A stretch of DNA of 49,784 nucleotides from a virus (Duplodnaviria > Heunggongvirae > Uroviricota > Caudoviricetes): the IMG/VR virus record IMGVR_UViG_2879736954_000010; one strand, given 5' to 3'. Positions within the stretch are counted from its first letter, which is position 1. Every line of letters begins with the position of its first letter. Shown here piece after piece: positions 19,386 through 29,353 of the stretch. The notes beneath the pieces were generated by a model, which had not been told where the DNA came from, ran no database searches, and saw nothing but the letters and a program-made list of their open reading frames with translations. The position numbers were made by a program, and so were the translations under genes.

Positions 19386-20891
19386 TCATGGCATGGCCAT
19401 GAGCATTTTCACGTCCGCATCACCGTCTGCTGACGTCTGTGGCACGCCACCCTGTACCGCTGCCGGTGAATGGTTCGCCATGAAATGTTCAAACATGGCG
19501 GTTGTGGATGCAGAAACCGGTTCTGCCCTGCCTGAGGCTGCCGCCAGTACAGCCCGGGCATTCTCCACGGTCATCCCCGGACAGGCCGCCAGTTTTTCAG
19601 CCTGCGCCTCTGCCCCTTTTGCCTCATCCAGGGCCATAATCTGATCACGAAGTGAGGGTCCGGCATTCGCCTGCGGTGAAGCAGCCAGAATCGGACGGGC
19701 TTTTTCCACCGTCATCTCCGGCATCGCCGCCAGCGTTGCCGCCAGTTGTTCACGTCCTTTCGCCTCTTCACATGCCATAATGCGATCGGCTTCACTCTGC
19801 GCAGATACACCAGATTGTTGCGGTGCCGCCACGGCCAGAATCGCCCGGGCCTGCTCAACGCTCATACCCTGTTGCCCTGCCAGCATCGTGGCCAGTTGTT
19901 CACGTCCTTTCGCTTCCTGACACGTCAGGATCCCCATCACTCGCTGGTTCTCCTGCGCGGCAGCCTCCGTTGCAGTTAATTGCGGCATAGTGCCTCCTGT
20001 ATCGTGTGTGTTCAGCGTCGCAGCCATCACGCTGATGGCGTCCGACGCATTGATTAATTCATCCGCCAGTTCGGCCTCAATACCGGACTGACCTTCAAAA
20101 ACGGCGGCCTCTGTTCCCATAACCGCATCCACAGATAAACCGGTATACATCGCCACTTTTTCAGCAAACATCCGGCGCGCCGCATCAATGCGCTGCTGCA
20201 TGTCCTGGCGAACCTTTGCTGGCAGGGATTCAAACTGATTGCCATCCACCTTGTGCGATCCGGCGTAAATCAGCGTGATATCCACACCGGCCTGTGCCAG
20301 ATGACCGGCATAGCTGACATGGCCCATCATCACCCCAATGGAGCCGATACGGGATGTCTGGGTAACCAGCCGTCGGGAGCAGGCCGATGCCAGTAACATG
20401 GCGGCTGAACAGGCCGTGTCATTGCACAGTGCCCAGACAGGCTTCAGCTGCCGGAGACGGTAAATCATGTCAGCGCAGTCAAACGCGCCGGTGGCCTGCC
20501 CGCCAGAACTGTCAATGTCCAGCAGTACGCCCCGTACCTGAGTGTCCGCCATTGCCTGCTGAAGACAGGCGACAATGCCGTCATAGCCAGTCATTCCGGA
20601 AAATGGCCGCATGCCACCCAGCCGGTGTACCAGCGTGCCGGTCACCGGCAGTACAGCAATACCGTTCACCACCCGGTAAACACGGGCAGGTCGTTTGCCT
20701 CCGGCCATGTACTCGTCCGTTTCAGCCAGCATCCCGGGAGCGTCAAGCTGTACCTGCTGTTGCGGTACCGAAAGGCTTGCTGCGCCCATCTCACGCCCGA
20801 GCGCGCAAAAGAAAACCCGCGCATAGGCGGGCTCCAGAAGCAGCGGCTCATTGAATGCCGCAGCGATAATATGTGAAAGATTACGTCTCAC
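19386..20891 (-). CDS. C: Prohead protease/scaffold C (S49 ClpP-like peptidase domain) with nested Nu3-like C-terminal region
   Basis: S49 peptidase-like N-terminal half; C-terminal half carries three about 50-aa tandem repeats (…EAKGREQLA…MxVExAR…); position between B and D. Confidence 0.85.
   Translation of the reverse strand: MRRNLSHIIAAAFNEPLLLEPAYARVFFCALGREMGAASLSVPQQQVQLDAPGMLAETDEYMAGGKRPARVYRVVNGIAVLPVTGTLVHRLGGMRPFSGMTGYDGIVACLQQAMADTQVRGVLLDIDSSGGQATGAFDCADMIYRLRQLKPVWALCNDTACSAAMLLASACSRRLVTQTSRIGSIGVMMGHVSYAGHLAQAGVDITLIYAGSHKVDGNQFESLPAKVRQDMQQRIDAARRMFAEKVAMYTGLSVDAVMGTEAAVFEGQSGIEAELADELINASDAISVMAATLNTHDTGGTMPQLTATEAAAQENQRVMGILTCQEAKGREQLATMLAGQQGMSVEQARAILAVAAPQQSGVSAQSEADRIMACEEAKGREQLAATLAAMPEMTVEKARPILAASPQANAGPSLRDQIMALDEAKGAEAQAEKLAACPGMTVENARAVLAAASGRAEPVSASTTAMFEHFMANHSPAAVQGGVPQTSADGDADVKMLMAMP
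19527..19946 (-). repeat. Three in-frame tandem repeats of about 150 bp inside C/Nu3
   Basis: Protein repeats RVMGILTCQEAKGREQLATMLAGQQGMSVEQARAILA / RIMACEEAKGREQLAATLAAMPEMTVEKARPILA / QIMALDEAKGAEAQAEKLAACPGMTVENARAVLA; DNA motif gccagttgttcacgtcctttcgc recurs at about 19741 and 19891. Confidence 0.7.
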
Positions 20892-22474
20892 GTGATGTTG
20901 TCTCCTCTTCCGGCCTGCGACTCTCCGCTATCTGCTGCTGATACGCCTGGGCTATCCACACCGGACGTGAGAGTCCGGCTTTTTCGCGCTCTGCGGATTC
21001 CCTGACCTGCTGGCGGAAAATGTCCTGATAATCTTCGCCCATCAGTGCCAGTTCTTTCTCATACGTGCTCAGTCCGGCCTCAATGCGCATCACCGATTCC
21101 TGGACCTCCTTGAGCCCGTCAATGGCCATTCTTCCGGAGCTAATCCACTCTGCCCGTGACCAGGCTGAACGCGCCTGGTAAAAATCAAAACGCGCCCGTG
21201 GCGGACGAATAATCCCCCGAAGAAGCGCCTCTTCCAGCCAGCAGGAAAACATCTGCGTGGCCAGCCGGGCCGCAATAAATTTTCGCCGCCCCATAAAATA
21301 GCGCCACGACTCATTGGCGGAGGCGCGGGCACTTGAGTAACTGACCTTCGAGTAATCACGGGACAACTGTTCGTAGGAAACGCCAAGACCGGCTGCAATA
21401 TACCGCAGCAGCGCCTGTTCAAGCGCCGAAAATCCATTGTCTGAATCCTGCGCTGTCTGCAGGTTCAGCGCATCGCCAGGAAAAAAGGTGCGGAATTTTA
21501 ACACCGCCCAGCGTCACGTTATTCGTGTCATACCAGCGGGTGAACTTCTCCAGAATATTAATAAGCGGATTATCCTGCTGACCTTGCGGTGCCCCCGCGA
21601 TATATTCAAATGCCTTTTCGGTATCAAGTTCACTTTCGATTGTGGCTGCATACATCGCCTTCACAATGGCCGACTGAAGCTGCGTGGCCTGCAGGGAGTC
21701 CAGCATCTTCATCCGCTCCATTACGCTGTAAAACTGATTAGCCCCACGGGTCTGCCCGTCCTCCACCGGCTCAAAAATATGCAGCATGGCCGGACGCCCG
21801 GTGGGAAGCTCACGCGGGATCCGCTCCCAGCGTCCGGCACCAGAGAACGGAAAATCATCCTCACAGATATGGTACGCAATCGCCCGCCCATACCGATCGA
21901 CCTCAACCCCGGCCCGCAGAAAGTGGTTCCCCATACCGTGTCCTGGCGTGTCCACCCGTTTCGGACTCACGGCTTTAAAACGCGTACGGAATAACTGCGT
22001 GGTTTCCGTATCCCAGACCGGCTGCACAAAGATTTCGCCGTTAAAGGCATGCACGCCCACCCCTTCACGGATAAATTCCGTAAACGTGCGTTTCCCTTCC
22101 ACGTCGATCTCGCCAAACATTCCTTCTGCGTATTCCGACCAGGCTGCTTCCACCTCCCCGACAAAACTTTTTGCCGTGGTCTCCCGCATCCCCAGCCAAC
22201 GCCAGTTCAGACGGTAGCTGATAAGAAACATGTGCCCGACGATATGATCCTTATGCAGGGCCACCGCATTAGCCGCGATACCGTTATTGCGCACCAGATC
22301 ATCTGCCCGGGCATTCCCCAGACGCAATGCAGGCAACAGGGCCGCATCGGCACTCTGCGCCGGTGGTAACCACTCTGCCATTTGCCCGCCAAATCCTGCG
22401 CCGCCTCCGTTGTAGCTGAGACTCTCACGAAGCGGAACGCCGTTCACATCAATCAGGACAGGCGTTCGTTTCAT
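20881..22474 (-). pseudogene. B: Portal protein B, frameshifted (two overlapping ORFs 21419-22474 and 20881-21504)
   Basis: N-terminal ORF matches lambda gpB to ...GGVKIPHLF, then leaves frame; second ORF resumes ...PGDALNLQTAQDSDNG.... Shift falls at a homopolymer run (plus-strand ggaaaaaagg, ~21479-21484). Confidence 0.8.
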
Positions 22475-22674
22475 AACCTCACTCCCAGCGGTCGGCGGCG
22501 TCGGGTCGTACCCAGAACCGACTCCGCATCGTTGATCGCACGGTTAAGCTCATTCAGGGACGCTGCCGTATATTCGATCCTGCGACCGTCTTTCTGTACC
22601 GACACAACCCGTTTACCGGTTAATAAATCAAGGCGCGCCTGACGCAGCGCCTGCAGTTCAGCGACTGTAACCAT
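22471..22674 (-). CDS. W: Head-tail joining protein W
   Basis: 67 aa, MVTVAELQALRQARLDLLTGKRVVSVQKDGRRIEYTAASLNELNRAINDAESVL... Confidence 0.85.
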   Translation of the reverse strand: MVTVAELQALRQARLDLLTGKRVVSVQKDGRRIEYTAASLNELNRAINDAESVLGTTRRRRPLGVRL

Positions 22675-24585
22675 TCACTCCTCCGGACAGCTTCGCTGCC
22701 AGTTCTTCAAGGGTCGGTTGTGCAGTTGCATCCTTGCGGGATGCAACTGCACAGCCAGATCAAGTTGCCAGCGTTGCACGGACACACGTAATGCCGCATA
22801 GGCATACACCAGGCAGTCCAGCGCTTCGTTACGCCGCTTTTTGTTATCCCACAACAGACGCATCTTTCCTTTTTCCCACTTTTCCACCAGTTCCTCCGCC
22901 ACCAGTTGTTGTGCCTCTGTCTGCGAAAAAATCTCCGGATTATCAGGAAAGCGGATGGCATACGATGTGGCCTCATTCACAGGGGTGGGATCGGCCTTCA
23001 TTCGGGCATAGAGAATTTCTTTTGCGGTATCCGTCCCCACCTCACACAGATACACACCCCGCTGATTGCGGGTTTTCGGCATGGTGATCACCGGCTTGCC
23101 ATAGACAGAGGCACCTTTTACCGGCAGTACCCGGAAAATACCGTGTTTTTTTGACCTCTGATACACGATTTCGCCATCGATCCCCCCGATATCCCAGCAG
23201 ACACGGGAAATGGTCATTTCGGTACCGTCTGCATGGCGGTATTTTTTATTGATCGCCGCATCCACACGTAACAGCGTCTCTTCCTCATCAGGACGTCCCA
23301 TGATGATGATTTTATCCACCAGAAAGGCTTCCTCTCCCGGAGCCCACCCCCAGACATACATCTCAAAACGGTTTCGCTGCGAGTCAATGCCCGCCGTCAG
23401 ATAAACCACCCGGACAGGCACCGTTGCCGTGTAAGGCACAACCTTATCCATCAGTACCTGGTGATCGAGTTTTTCGCCCACGGCCTCTTCCCAGGTCTCG
23501 CCCAGCGTGGTGTTCACAAAAGTTTTCACGCCGTTGGGATCTTTCAGTGCATCCAGCCAGTCACAGACTATCTGTACCCTGGTGGTGAACGGACTGTACG
23601 CCGTCCATATATGGAAAGTGATGGAGCGCGGCGGCGGAATTTCATTACCCGAAGCACTGAAAAACGTCAGACCGTCACACGTCCACATCCCGGTATTGTC
23701 ACAAATCCAGCGCCCCCCGGTCTGATCAAGTTCAGACTGACGGATCACGCAGCCATTATGTTCACACAGGTAATACACCGTTTCCGGTTTACCCTTCTCC
23801 CATTTCAGGCCAAACGACGTCGCATCATCGCCAAACTTCAGATACTGCTCCTCCCCGCAATGAGGGCAAGGGACATAAAACCGCATGAAATGCGCAGATT
23901 CATTCGCAGCTTTTTCAATCTGACAGGAGCCTTTAATTTTTGGCGTTGAACCGCGTATGGATTTTGGCCATACCGAACCTTCAATACGTTTATCGCCAAG
24001 CAGTGTTGGCGAACCTTCTTTTTCCACATCCGGTTCAAACGAGGAGAGTTCGTCATAGCAGACCACATCGACAGATTTTTCACGGTAGTTTTTGGCAGCA
24101 GCACCACCCAAACACCAGAACCCCACACCAGAGGAAAAACGCTTCAGTGTGAGCGTATTATCCCGGTGTTTCCGGCCCAGCCAGGGAGAAAGTTTTTTCA
24201 GGCAAGGAACATCACGAATTGTTGCTTCCACGTGAGACTTCATAAAATCTTCAGCAGCTGAGTCCGTCGGCTGAAAAAGAAGAGTGTTGCGGGATTTGTG
24301 CTCAATAAAATACCCGATCACACCAAGCACCATTTTTGTATAACCAACACGGGCAGATTTAATCAGGTTAACTGTACGAATCTCGTCATTGCCCATGCAG
24401 TTCATGATGGCGACCTGAAACTGCAGCGTTTTCCATTCCCCCTCACCGTATGACGATTCTTTAGGCAGGTAATAATTTTGATCGGCCCATTCTACAGCCG
24501 TCACCGGCAATACCCTGACCAGTGGCTGCAGTGCGATAGTGACTGCCACCATCATATTACTCAGTTGTTGTTCTGATATATTCAT
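22675..24585 (-). CDS. A: Terminase large subunit A
   Basis: Start at internal ATG (MNISEQQLS...); strong similarity to lambda gpA throughout (…KSARVGYTKM…HFMRFYVPCPHCGEEQYLKFGD…). Confidence 0.9.
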   Translation of the reverse strand: MNISEQQLSNMMVAVTIALQPLVRVLPVTAVEWADQNYYLPKESSYGEGEWKTLQFQVAIMNCMGNDEIRTVNLIKSARVGYTKMVLGVIGYFIEHKSRNTLLFQPTDSAAEDFMKSHVEATIRDVPCLKKLSPWLGRKHRDNTLTLKRFSSGVGFWCLGGAAAKNYREKSVDVVCYDELSSFEPDVEKEGSPTLLGDKRIEGSVWPKSIRGSTPKIKGSCQIEKAANESAHFMRFYVPCPHCGEEQYLKFGDDATSFGLKWEKGKPETVYYLCEHNGCVIRQSELDQTGGRWICDNTGMWTCDGLTFFSASGNEIPPPRSITFHIWTAYSPFTTRVQIVCDWLDALKDPNGVKTFVNTTLGETWEEAVGEKLDHQVLMDKVVPYTATVPVRVVYLTAGIDSQRNRFEMYVWGWAPGEEAFLVDKIIIMGRPDEEETLLRVDAAINKKYRHADGTEMTISRVCWDIGGIDGEIVYQRSKKHGIFRVLPVKGASVYGKPVITMPKTRNQRGVYLCEVGTDTAKEILYARMKADPTPVNEATSYAIRFPDNPEIFSQTEAQQLVAEELVEKWEKGKMRLLWDNKKRRNEALDCLVYAYAALRVSVQRWQLDLAVQLHPARMQLHNRPLKNWQRSCPEE

Positions 24586-24864
24586 CGAGTAAATCCGGTA
24601 ATTTATCCCCCGCACGCGCGCACTGATTCGCTCCCTTAGCAATAAGGATTTTCAGATGATCAATATGACGCGGCGTTAAATCCGGGAACTGTCGTTGCAT
24701 GGACAAAGGAATGGAGTCAAGCGTACTGGATAAAGCCATCGCCAGCTTACTAAGGGCAAAAATACAAAATCCGGTATCGATAAGATTTCCTTTTGACACC
24801 TGATTTTTTAACTGCTGTGCGACAGCCTGTTCTGCGGTCAGTTCCCATCTGGCAATGAGTAGTT
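24557..24864 (-). pseudogene. nu1: Terminase small subunit Nu1, 5'-truncated by IS600
   Basis: Remaining ORF matches only the C-terminal half of lambda Nu1 (...DTGFCIFALSKLA...IPLSMQRQFPDLTPRHIDHLK...LLDEYI...); the apparent start codon lies inside IS600. Confidence 0.7.
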
Positions 24865-24907
24865 TGAGGTGTACTGGCAATAGCGGACACTACCATTTGT
24901 TCTTTTT

Positions 24908-25726
24908 TTAAGCAGCCATCTGATGATATTTTTCCCTGAAGGCTGCAGGGGAGATATTCCCCAGACGAGAGTGACGACGCTGACGATTGTAGAAAATCTC
25001 AATGTATTCCCGTATTACTGAGATGGCTTCATCCCGGTTATTAAAACGATAGTGGCTCAGGCTCTCATTTTTCAGCGTTCCCCAGAAGCTTTCCATCGGA
25101 GCGTTGTCGTAACAGTTACCTTTACGCGACATTGATGTTTTCAGACCAGACTGCTCCTGTATGACCCGGTAATCGTATGCGCAGTACTGTGAACCTCGAT
25201 CAGAGTGGTGGATTAGCCCGGCAGGTGGGCGCTGGCTCCTGAGCGCCATAAACAGGGCTTTACCTGTCAGCTCTTTTGTCATGCGCTCTCCCATGGCGTA
25301 GCCGACAATTTCGCACGTATAAACATCTTTGATGCCAGCGAGGTACAACCATCCCTCCTGTGTGGCAACATACGTCAGGTCCGCCACCCAGACCTGATTT
25401 GGTGCTGTAGGAGCGAACGTCTGGTTCAGCAGATTTGGCGCAACTGGCAGATTGTGGTTCGGGTTCGTAGTCGCTCTGAACTTGCGTTTCTGCTTACAGC
25501 GTAGCCTCAGCTCCTTACGAAGACATGCCAGTCGGTCACGACCAACGATGATGCCATTCTCTGCCAGCTCCGTCTGGAGCCGCCGGGTTCCATATGTTTC
25601 GCGAGTGCGGATATGTGCCACCTTAATCTCCAGTTTTAGCCGCTCATCACTTTGTTTTCTGTCTGAGGGTTCATGCTGTACCCAGTTGTAATAACCGCTC
25701 CTGGATACACCAAATACCTGACACAT
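24908..25726 (-). CDS. IS600 transposase OrfB (DDE integrase domain)
   Basis: 272 aa, IS3-family OrfB with HSDRGSQY...D...E catalytic region. Confidence 0.85.
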   Translation of the reverse strand: MCQVFGVSRSGYYNWVQHEPSDRKQSDERLKLEIKVAHIRTRETYGTRRLQTELAENGIIVGRDRLACLRKELRLRCKQKRKFRATTNPNHNLPVAPNLLNQTFAPTAPNQVWVADLTYVATQEGWLYLAGIKDVYTCEIVGYAMGERMTKELTGKALFMALRSQRPPAGLIHHSDRGSQYCAYDYRVIQEQSGLKTSMSRKGNCYDNAPMESFWGTLKNESLSHYRFNNRDEAISVIREYIEIFYNRQRRHSRLGNISPAAFREKYHQMAA

Positions 25727-25761
25727 CGCTTCAATGGGAAATTGTTGTCGCCATTGTTCGA

Positions 25762-26064
25762 TTAACGCGTATTTTTCAGCGACTCCTGTGCAAAATACGC
25801 TGTTGCTTTTTTTAATATATCTCGCTCAAGGCGAGCTTCATTTAACGCCTTACGCAGTTGCAGAATTTCAGATTCCAGTTCAGCCAGCGTGCGGGAACCA
25901 GGAGTACCGAGCCCTTTTCTGGCGGCGGTAACCCATTGTCCTAAAGTGCCTTCAGGAAGAGATAATCGGGAAGCGCCTTCACTGATCGAAAGTTGATTTT
26001 CAAGAACCGTTCTGACAGCTTCGGCTTTGAACTCTTTAGAGTAACGTTGGGTTTTTCTGCTCAT
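25762..26064 (-). CDS. IS600 OrfA (HTH/leucine-zipper protein)
   Basis: 100 aa, IS3-family OrfA ending ...LKKATAYFAQESLKNTR. Confidence 0.85.
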   Translation of the reverse strand: MSRKTQRYSKEFKAEAVRTVLENQLSISEGASRLSLPEGTLGQWVTAARKGLGTPGSRTLAELESEILQLRKALNEARLERDILKKATAYFAQESLKNTR

Positions 26065-26115
26065 TATTAGCTCCTTCTGATGCCATTCTATTTCAGGAAG
26101 GAGTGTCCGTTAAAC

Positions 26116-26310
26116 TCAGGCTACCTCACCCGTCCCGGATACCGAGAACGTTTCGTCCAGCAACTGGAGAGAGTTCGACGGTGGCATCATTGCCCATGCC
26201 GGAGGCGCTGGAGGTTTCGGCTGAGGATGGCACAGGGCATTTTCCTTTGACGAGCACCCGACCACCATTATCAAGCTTGCGCCGAAGAGCATCATTTTCA
26301 GCTTTCGCAT
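26116..26310 (-). CDS. Rz1: Rz1-like o-spanin lipoprotein embedded in Rz (C-terminus replaced by IS600-derived codons)
   Basis: Signal/lipobox ...LIMVVGCSS followed by proline-rich [13 protein letters not shown], as lambda Rz1; ORF runs 12 nt into IS600. Confidence 0.6.
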   Translation of the reverse strand: MRKLKMMLFGASLIMVVGCSSKENALCHPQPKPPAPPAWAMMPPSNSLQLLDETFSVSGTGEVA

Positions 26311-26530
26311 CAGCTAACTCCTTCGTGTATTTAGCATCGAGTGCATCAGCATCACGCTGGCGCTGCTGCATGTCAGTAATGGTTGCGTTCGCCAGCTTCA
26401 GTTCTCCGGCGTTTTTGTCGCGCTGCTCTTTGTAGGTAATGGCGTTATCACGGTAATGATTAACAGCCCATGACAGGCAGACGATGATGCAGATAACCAG
26501 AGCGGAGATAATCGCGGTGACTCTGCTCAT
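26129..26530 (-). pseudogene. Rz: Rz i-spanin, 3'-truncated by IS600
   Basis: [34 protein letters not shown]...[17 protein letters not shown] matches lambda Rz; the C-terminal ~22 codons, present in the second copy at 33244-33489, are missing. Confidence 0.75.
26130..26305. repeat. 176-bp Rz/Rz1 segment, inverted-repeat copy A (partner 33244-33419)
   Basis: Encoded peptides (…[58 protein letters not shown]…) identical in both copies on opposite strands. Confidence 0.8.
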
Positions 26531-27060
26531 TGATCTATCCCCCAACAGGCTAATGCGCTTTCCTGGTCACGACGAATAACCTGTCCATAGCAGTTATTTG
26601 AACGTATGCGGCAATCGCGCCCAACATCTTTTATCCACCAGCGAATCGCCTCGCATGCGCCCTTACGATCACCGGCATTCAGCCGCTTATAAAACGTCGA
26701 CGGGAAACACTTACCGGGGCCAATGTTATAGGGGCAAAATGACGCTATACCCGCTTTCTGGGGTTCGGTCAGAGGTACTTTAATATTGCGCTCCACCCAT
26801 GCCAGCGCCTTATCACGTTCAATAGCGTTAACCTGGTCACATTTTTCCTTCGACAGCTTCATTCCCGGTATGACAGGCTTACCATCCACCATTGTGGCAC
26901 CACGACAGATGGTCCATATGCCAGAACCATCACGGTATGCCGTTGTGTGATTACCCTCTTTTTCGTTCAGAAACTGGTCAAGTATCTGGGGAGCAGACGC
27001 GCCTGCGGCAATCAGCGCCAGAACAGCAGCCGACAGGCCGTATTTGATTTTTGCGCTCAT
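26527..27060 (-). CDS. R: SAR endolysin (T4-lysozyme-like muramidase, phage 21 R-type) with N-terminal signal-anchor-release segment
   Basis: N-terminal hydrophobic stretch [15 protein letters not shown] followed by EGN[17 protein letters not shown], similar to P21 R (…[23 protein letters not shown]…). Confidence 0.85.
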   Translation of the reverse strand: MSAKIKYGLSAAVLALIAAGASAPQILDQFLNEKEGNHTTAYRDGSGIWTICRGATMVDGKPVIPGMKLSKEKCDQVNAIERDKALAWVERNIKVPLTEPQKAGIASFCPYNIGPGKCFPSTFYKRLNAGDRKGACEAIRWWIKDVGRDCRIRSNNCYGQVIRRDQESALACWGIDQ

Positions 27061-27125
27061 GGATATTTATCAGGATTTATCGGCAACAAATAACGAGCCA
27101 ACTTATATACGCCTTTTAAGATAAG

Positions 27126-27755
27126 TCAGCCCCGGCTGGATCCAGTCATCAGGCTCTTTCTTAAAGGGGGAGTATTGAAATCACGAAGAAGAGCCTCCCG
27201 CACCGCAGCATCCATGTCTGCACCACTGGCAAGTGCTTCAATCTCTGCCGCCACCTGCAAATACCCCATGCAACGGCCAATGCGTTTCATAACTCTGGTG
27301 TTTTCGTCTTTCAGGCATCTGATAGCGAGATTAATAATTTTCAGGCAGTGATGATGCGATGCCCGGACAGGTTTTCCGTTCTCATAAACGACGAACTCAC
27401 CCTCTTCACAGGAAACCCTGAAAGGCCGATGGGGTTCCTGGTCTTTATCCGGTGCAGACGCAATAAAATCACTTTTATGCTCTTCCTCTCCGGCACTGTT
27501 AACCGTAATGACGTACTCAGGCCGCAGGTAAGCCGCCTCTTTTTCTGACAATGCGGCCGGTAAAAACTTTTCCTGCAAAAACTTCATAAAAGTCTCGTGA
27601 GCGACTTTGTGGCAGTAATCGTAAATCGCCGCATAATGCTCATCGCGGCGTTTGTTTTCATCTTCAGAACTCACCAACGCCGACAATTTTTTATTAAGCT
27701 CAGTGATTTCATTTTCCAGGTGATTGAATCGCTGATTCATTTCTTCATGCTTCAT
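27126..27755 (-). CDS. Hypothetical protein (209 aa) inserted between holin and endolysin; N-terminal coiled coil, Cys/His-rich C-terminal half
   Basis: Long ORF translationally coupled to holin stop; no family recognised by eye. Confidence 0.5.
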   Translation of the reverse strand: MKHEEMNQRFNHLENEITELNKKLSALVSSEDENKRRDEHYAAIYDYCHKVAHETFMKFLQEKFLPAALSEKEAAYLRPEYVITVNSAGEEEHKSDFIASAPDKDQEPHRPFRVSCEEGEFVVYENGKPVRASHHHCLKIINLAIRCLKDENTRVMKRIGRCMGYLQVAAEIEALASGADMDAAVREALLRDFNTPPLRKSLMTGSSRG

Positions 27756-27758
27756 TAT

Positions 27759-27974
27759 TTACTCTCCCCGTGCAGCCTTACGCTTGTCTTCTCTTATTTT
27801 GAAATACAGATTCGTCAGATAAGTCAGAAGCCCCAGAAGCAGACTTCCCAGCACACCAATCGCAGCCCACTGTGATGGCCTGACCTGATCCAACCACTGC
27901 AAAAACCAGTAGCCGGCACTGCCGGCGGAGGTGCCGTAGGCAATGCCCGTTGAAATTTTGTCCATGGATTTCAT
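27759..27974 (-). CDS. S: S21-type pinholin with dual-start motif (MKSM)
   Basis: [31 protein letters not shown]...[35 protein letters not shown] is nearly identical to phage 21 S as I recall it. Confidence 0.85.
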   Translation of the reverse strand: MKSMDKISTGIAYGTSAGSAGYWFLQWLDQVRPSQWAAIGVLGSLLLGLLTYLTNLYFKIREDKRKAARGE

Positions 27975-28266
27975 AGCCTCACCTCCGCAAATAACGGATG
28001 GCGTAGTTTTACACTGAGAAATGAAAGGGATTTGAAAAGAAAAAAACGCAAAAGCGGGCGAAACGATATATACAGTAAGGAAAGCACTCTATCCAACAAA
28101 CCACCCACAGTTAATCGGAATAAAAGCAGAGTGCTTATGAATGATCGCACGCCCGAAGGTTAGTATTTCTGCACAGCAATTTTGCAAAAAAAGGCGATCA
28201 TTCATAACTTAAACGTCTTTCAGTCACTCCGGGATTTCCCATCATCGCAGACTGAAAGACTCTGAC

Positions 28267-28342
<76 letters not shown>

Positions 28343-28345
28343 TAT

Positions 28346-28421
<76 letters not shown>

Positions 28422-28423
28422 CT

Positions 28424-28500
28424 GGCCCACCACCGAGGACTCGAACCTCGCACCGTCAACTTAGAAGGTTGATGCTCTATCCGGATGAGCTAGTGGTGGT
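28424..28500 (-). tRNA. tRNA-Arg (anticodon UCU)
   Basis: Reverse complement CCACCACUAGCUCAUCCGGAUAGAGCAUCAACCUUCUAAGUUGACGGUGCGAGGUUCGAGUCCUCGGUGGUGGGCCA; anticodon loop CUUCUAA; unusual C1-G72 start of acceptor stem. Confidence 0.7.
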
Positions 28501-28501
28501 T

Positions 28502-28578
28502 GGTGGCCCTTGCTGGACTTGAACCAGCGACCTGGCGATTATGAGTCGCTCGCTCTGACCAACTGAGCTAAAGGGCCG
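28502..28578 (-). tRNA. tRNA with CAU anticodon, ileX/ileZ-like (Ile2 or Met)
   Basis: Reverse complement GGCCCUUUAGCUCAGUUGGUCAGAGCGAGCGACUCAUAAUCGCCAGGUCGCUGGUUCAAGUCCAGCAAGGGCCACCA; very similar to E. coli ileX as I recall it. Confidence 0.8.
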
Positions 28579-28776
28579 GAGGCAGAATAATAACCATATG
28601 TCATCACATCTGCAAACTCATCTGACCACCAGCGTGTTTAACGTCCTGTACCGTTTTTCAGGCATAAAAAACCCGCCCGGAGGCGGGTTTAAGCTGTGTG
28701 GCGAAGCAACCACTCTTAACAGAATATCCCGTTTTTTACGTACGTAAAATATTTTCTAGAAAGTCGCCCCTTACCA

Positions 28777-29157
28777 TCAGGGATGTTCAATATATTTGTC
28801 CATTTCTAACCGGACACCCAACATCATCAACATTCCTTCCACCACCCCCTCGGCTTTTTGTAGCTTCTTTCCTATATAACCATCTGAGCATCCATGCTTC
28901 CGCGCCAGCGTCATGAATGTCATCCCAAACACGTAGTAGTCAACCAGCAAGTCATGTAGATCGTTGTTGTTCCGGTTAAGGCGGGCCATACACCCACATA
29001 TAACCATCGCGTCATCGTCACAGCATTGCGGGCGGGATTTTACTTTTGAAGGGATTAATCCCTTAAAACCGGCAGCAATGGACGACCAGGTCACATCCTC
29101 ATGATTATTAGCCACCCACGCGCCCCAGCGCTCAAGAACCTGCTGAATATCACGCAT
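28777..29157 (-). CDS. Q: Late antiterminator Q (QuuD/phage-82-type)
   Basis: [60 protein letters not shown]... closely matches DLP12 QuuD as I recall it; start at internal Met. Confidence 0.8.
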   Translation of the reverse strand: MRDIQQVLERWGAWVANNHEDVTWSSIAAGFKGLIPSKVKSRPQCCDDDAMVICGCMARLNRNNNDLHDLLVDYYVFGMTFMTLARKHGCSDGYIGKKLQKAEGVVEGMLMMLGVRLEMDKYIEHP

Positions 29158-29353
29158 CACTGTCTTTACCCCTGTCCCATCCACGATGAACAATCAGAAC
29201 ACCATCAACAATGGCGTGCCCTTTGCCCTCTTTATCTTCAGCATATTTTCTTACCGTGGCGCGATTACAGTTCAGCATTCGTGAAACTTCGGTCATATTA
29301 CCTCGTGTCTGGATAAGCAGTTCCGGTATCGTTTGAATTTTGACGCTCATCAA
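29150..29353 (-). CDS. ninH: NinH-like protein
   Basis: 67 aa, ...[57 protein letters not shown]... parallels lambda NinH. Confidence 0.7.
   Translation of the reverse strand: MMSVKIQTIPELLIQTRGNMTEVSRMLNCNRATVRKYAEDKEGKGHAIVDGVLIVHRGWDRGKDSDA

Larger units (their letters stand above)
24865..26128 (-). mobile_element. IS600 (IS3 family), copy 1, 1264 bp
   Basis: Imperfect terminal IRs tgaggtgtactggcaatagcggacac / gtgtccgttaaactcaggctacctca; orfA and orfB with A-rich slippery region; 1264-bp span shared with the second copy at 42743-44006. Confidence 0.85.
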
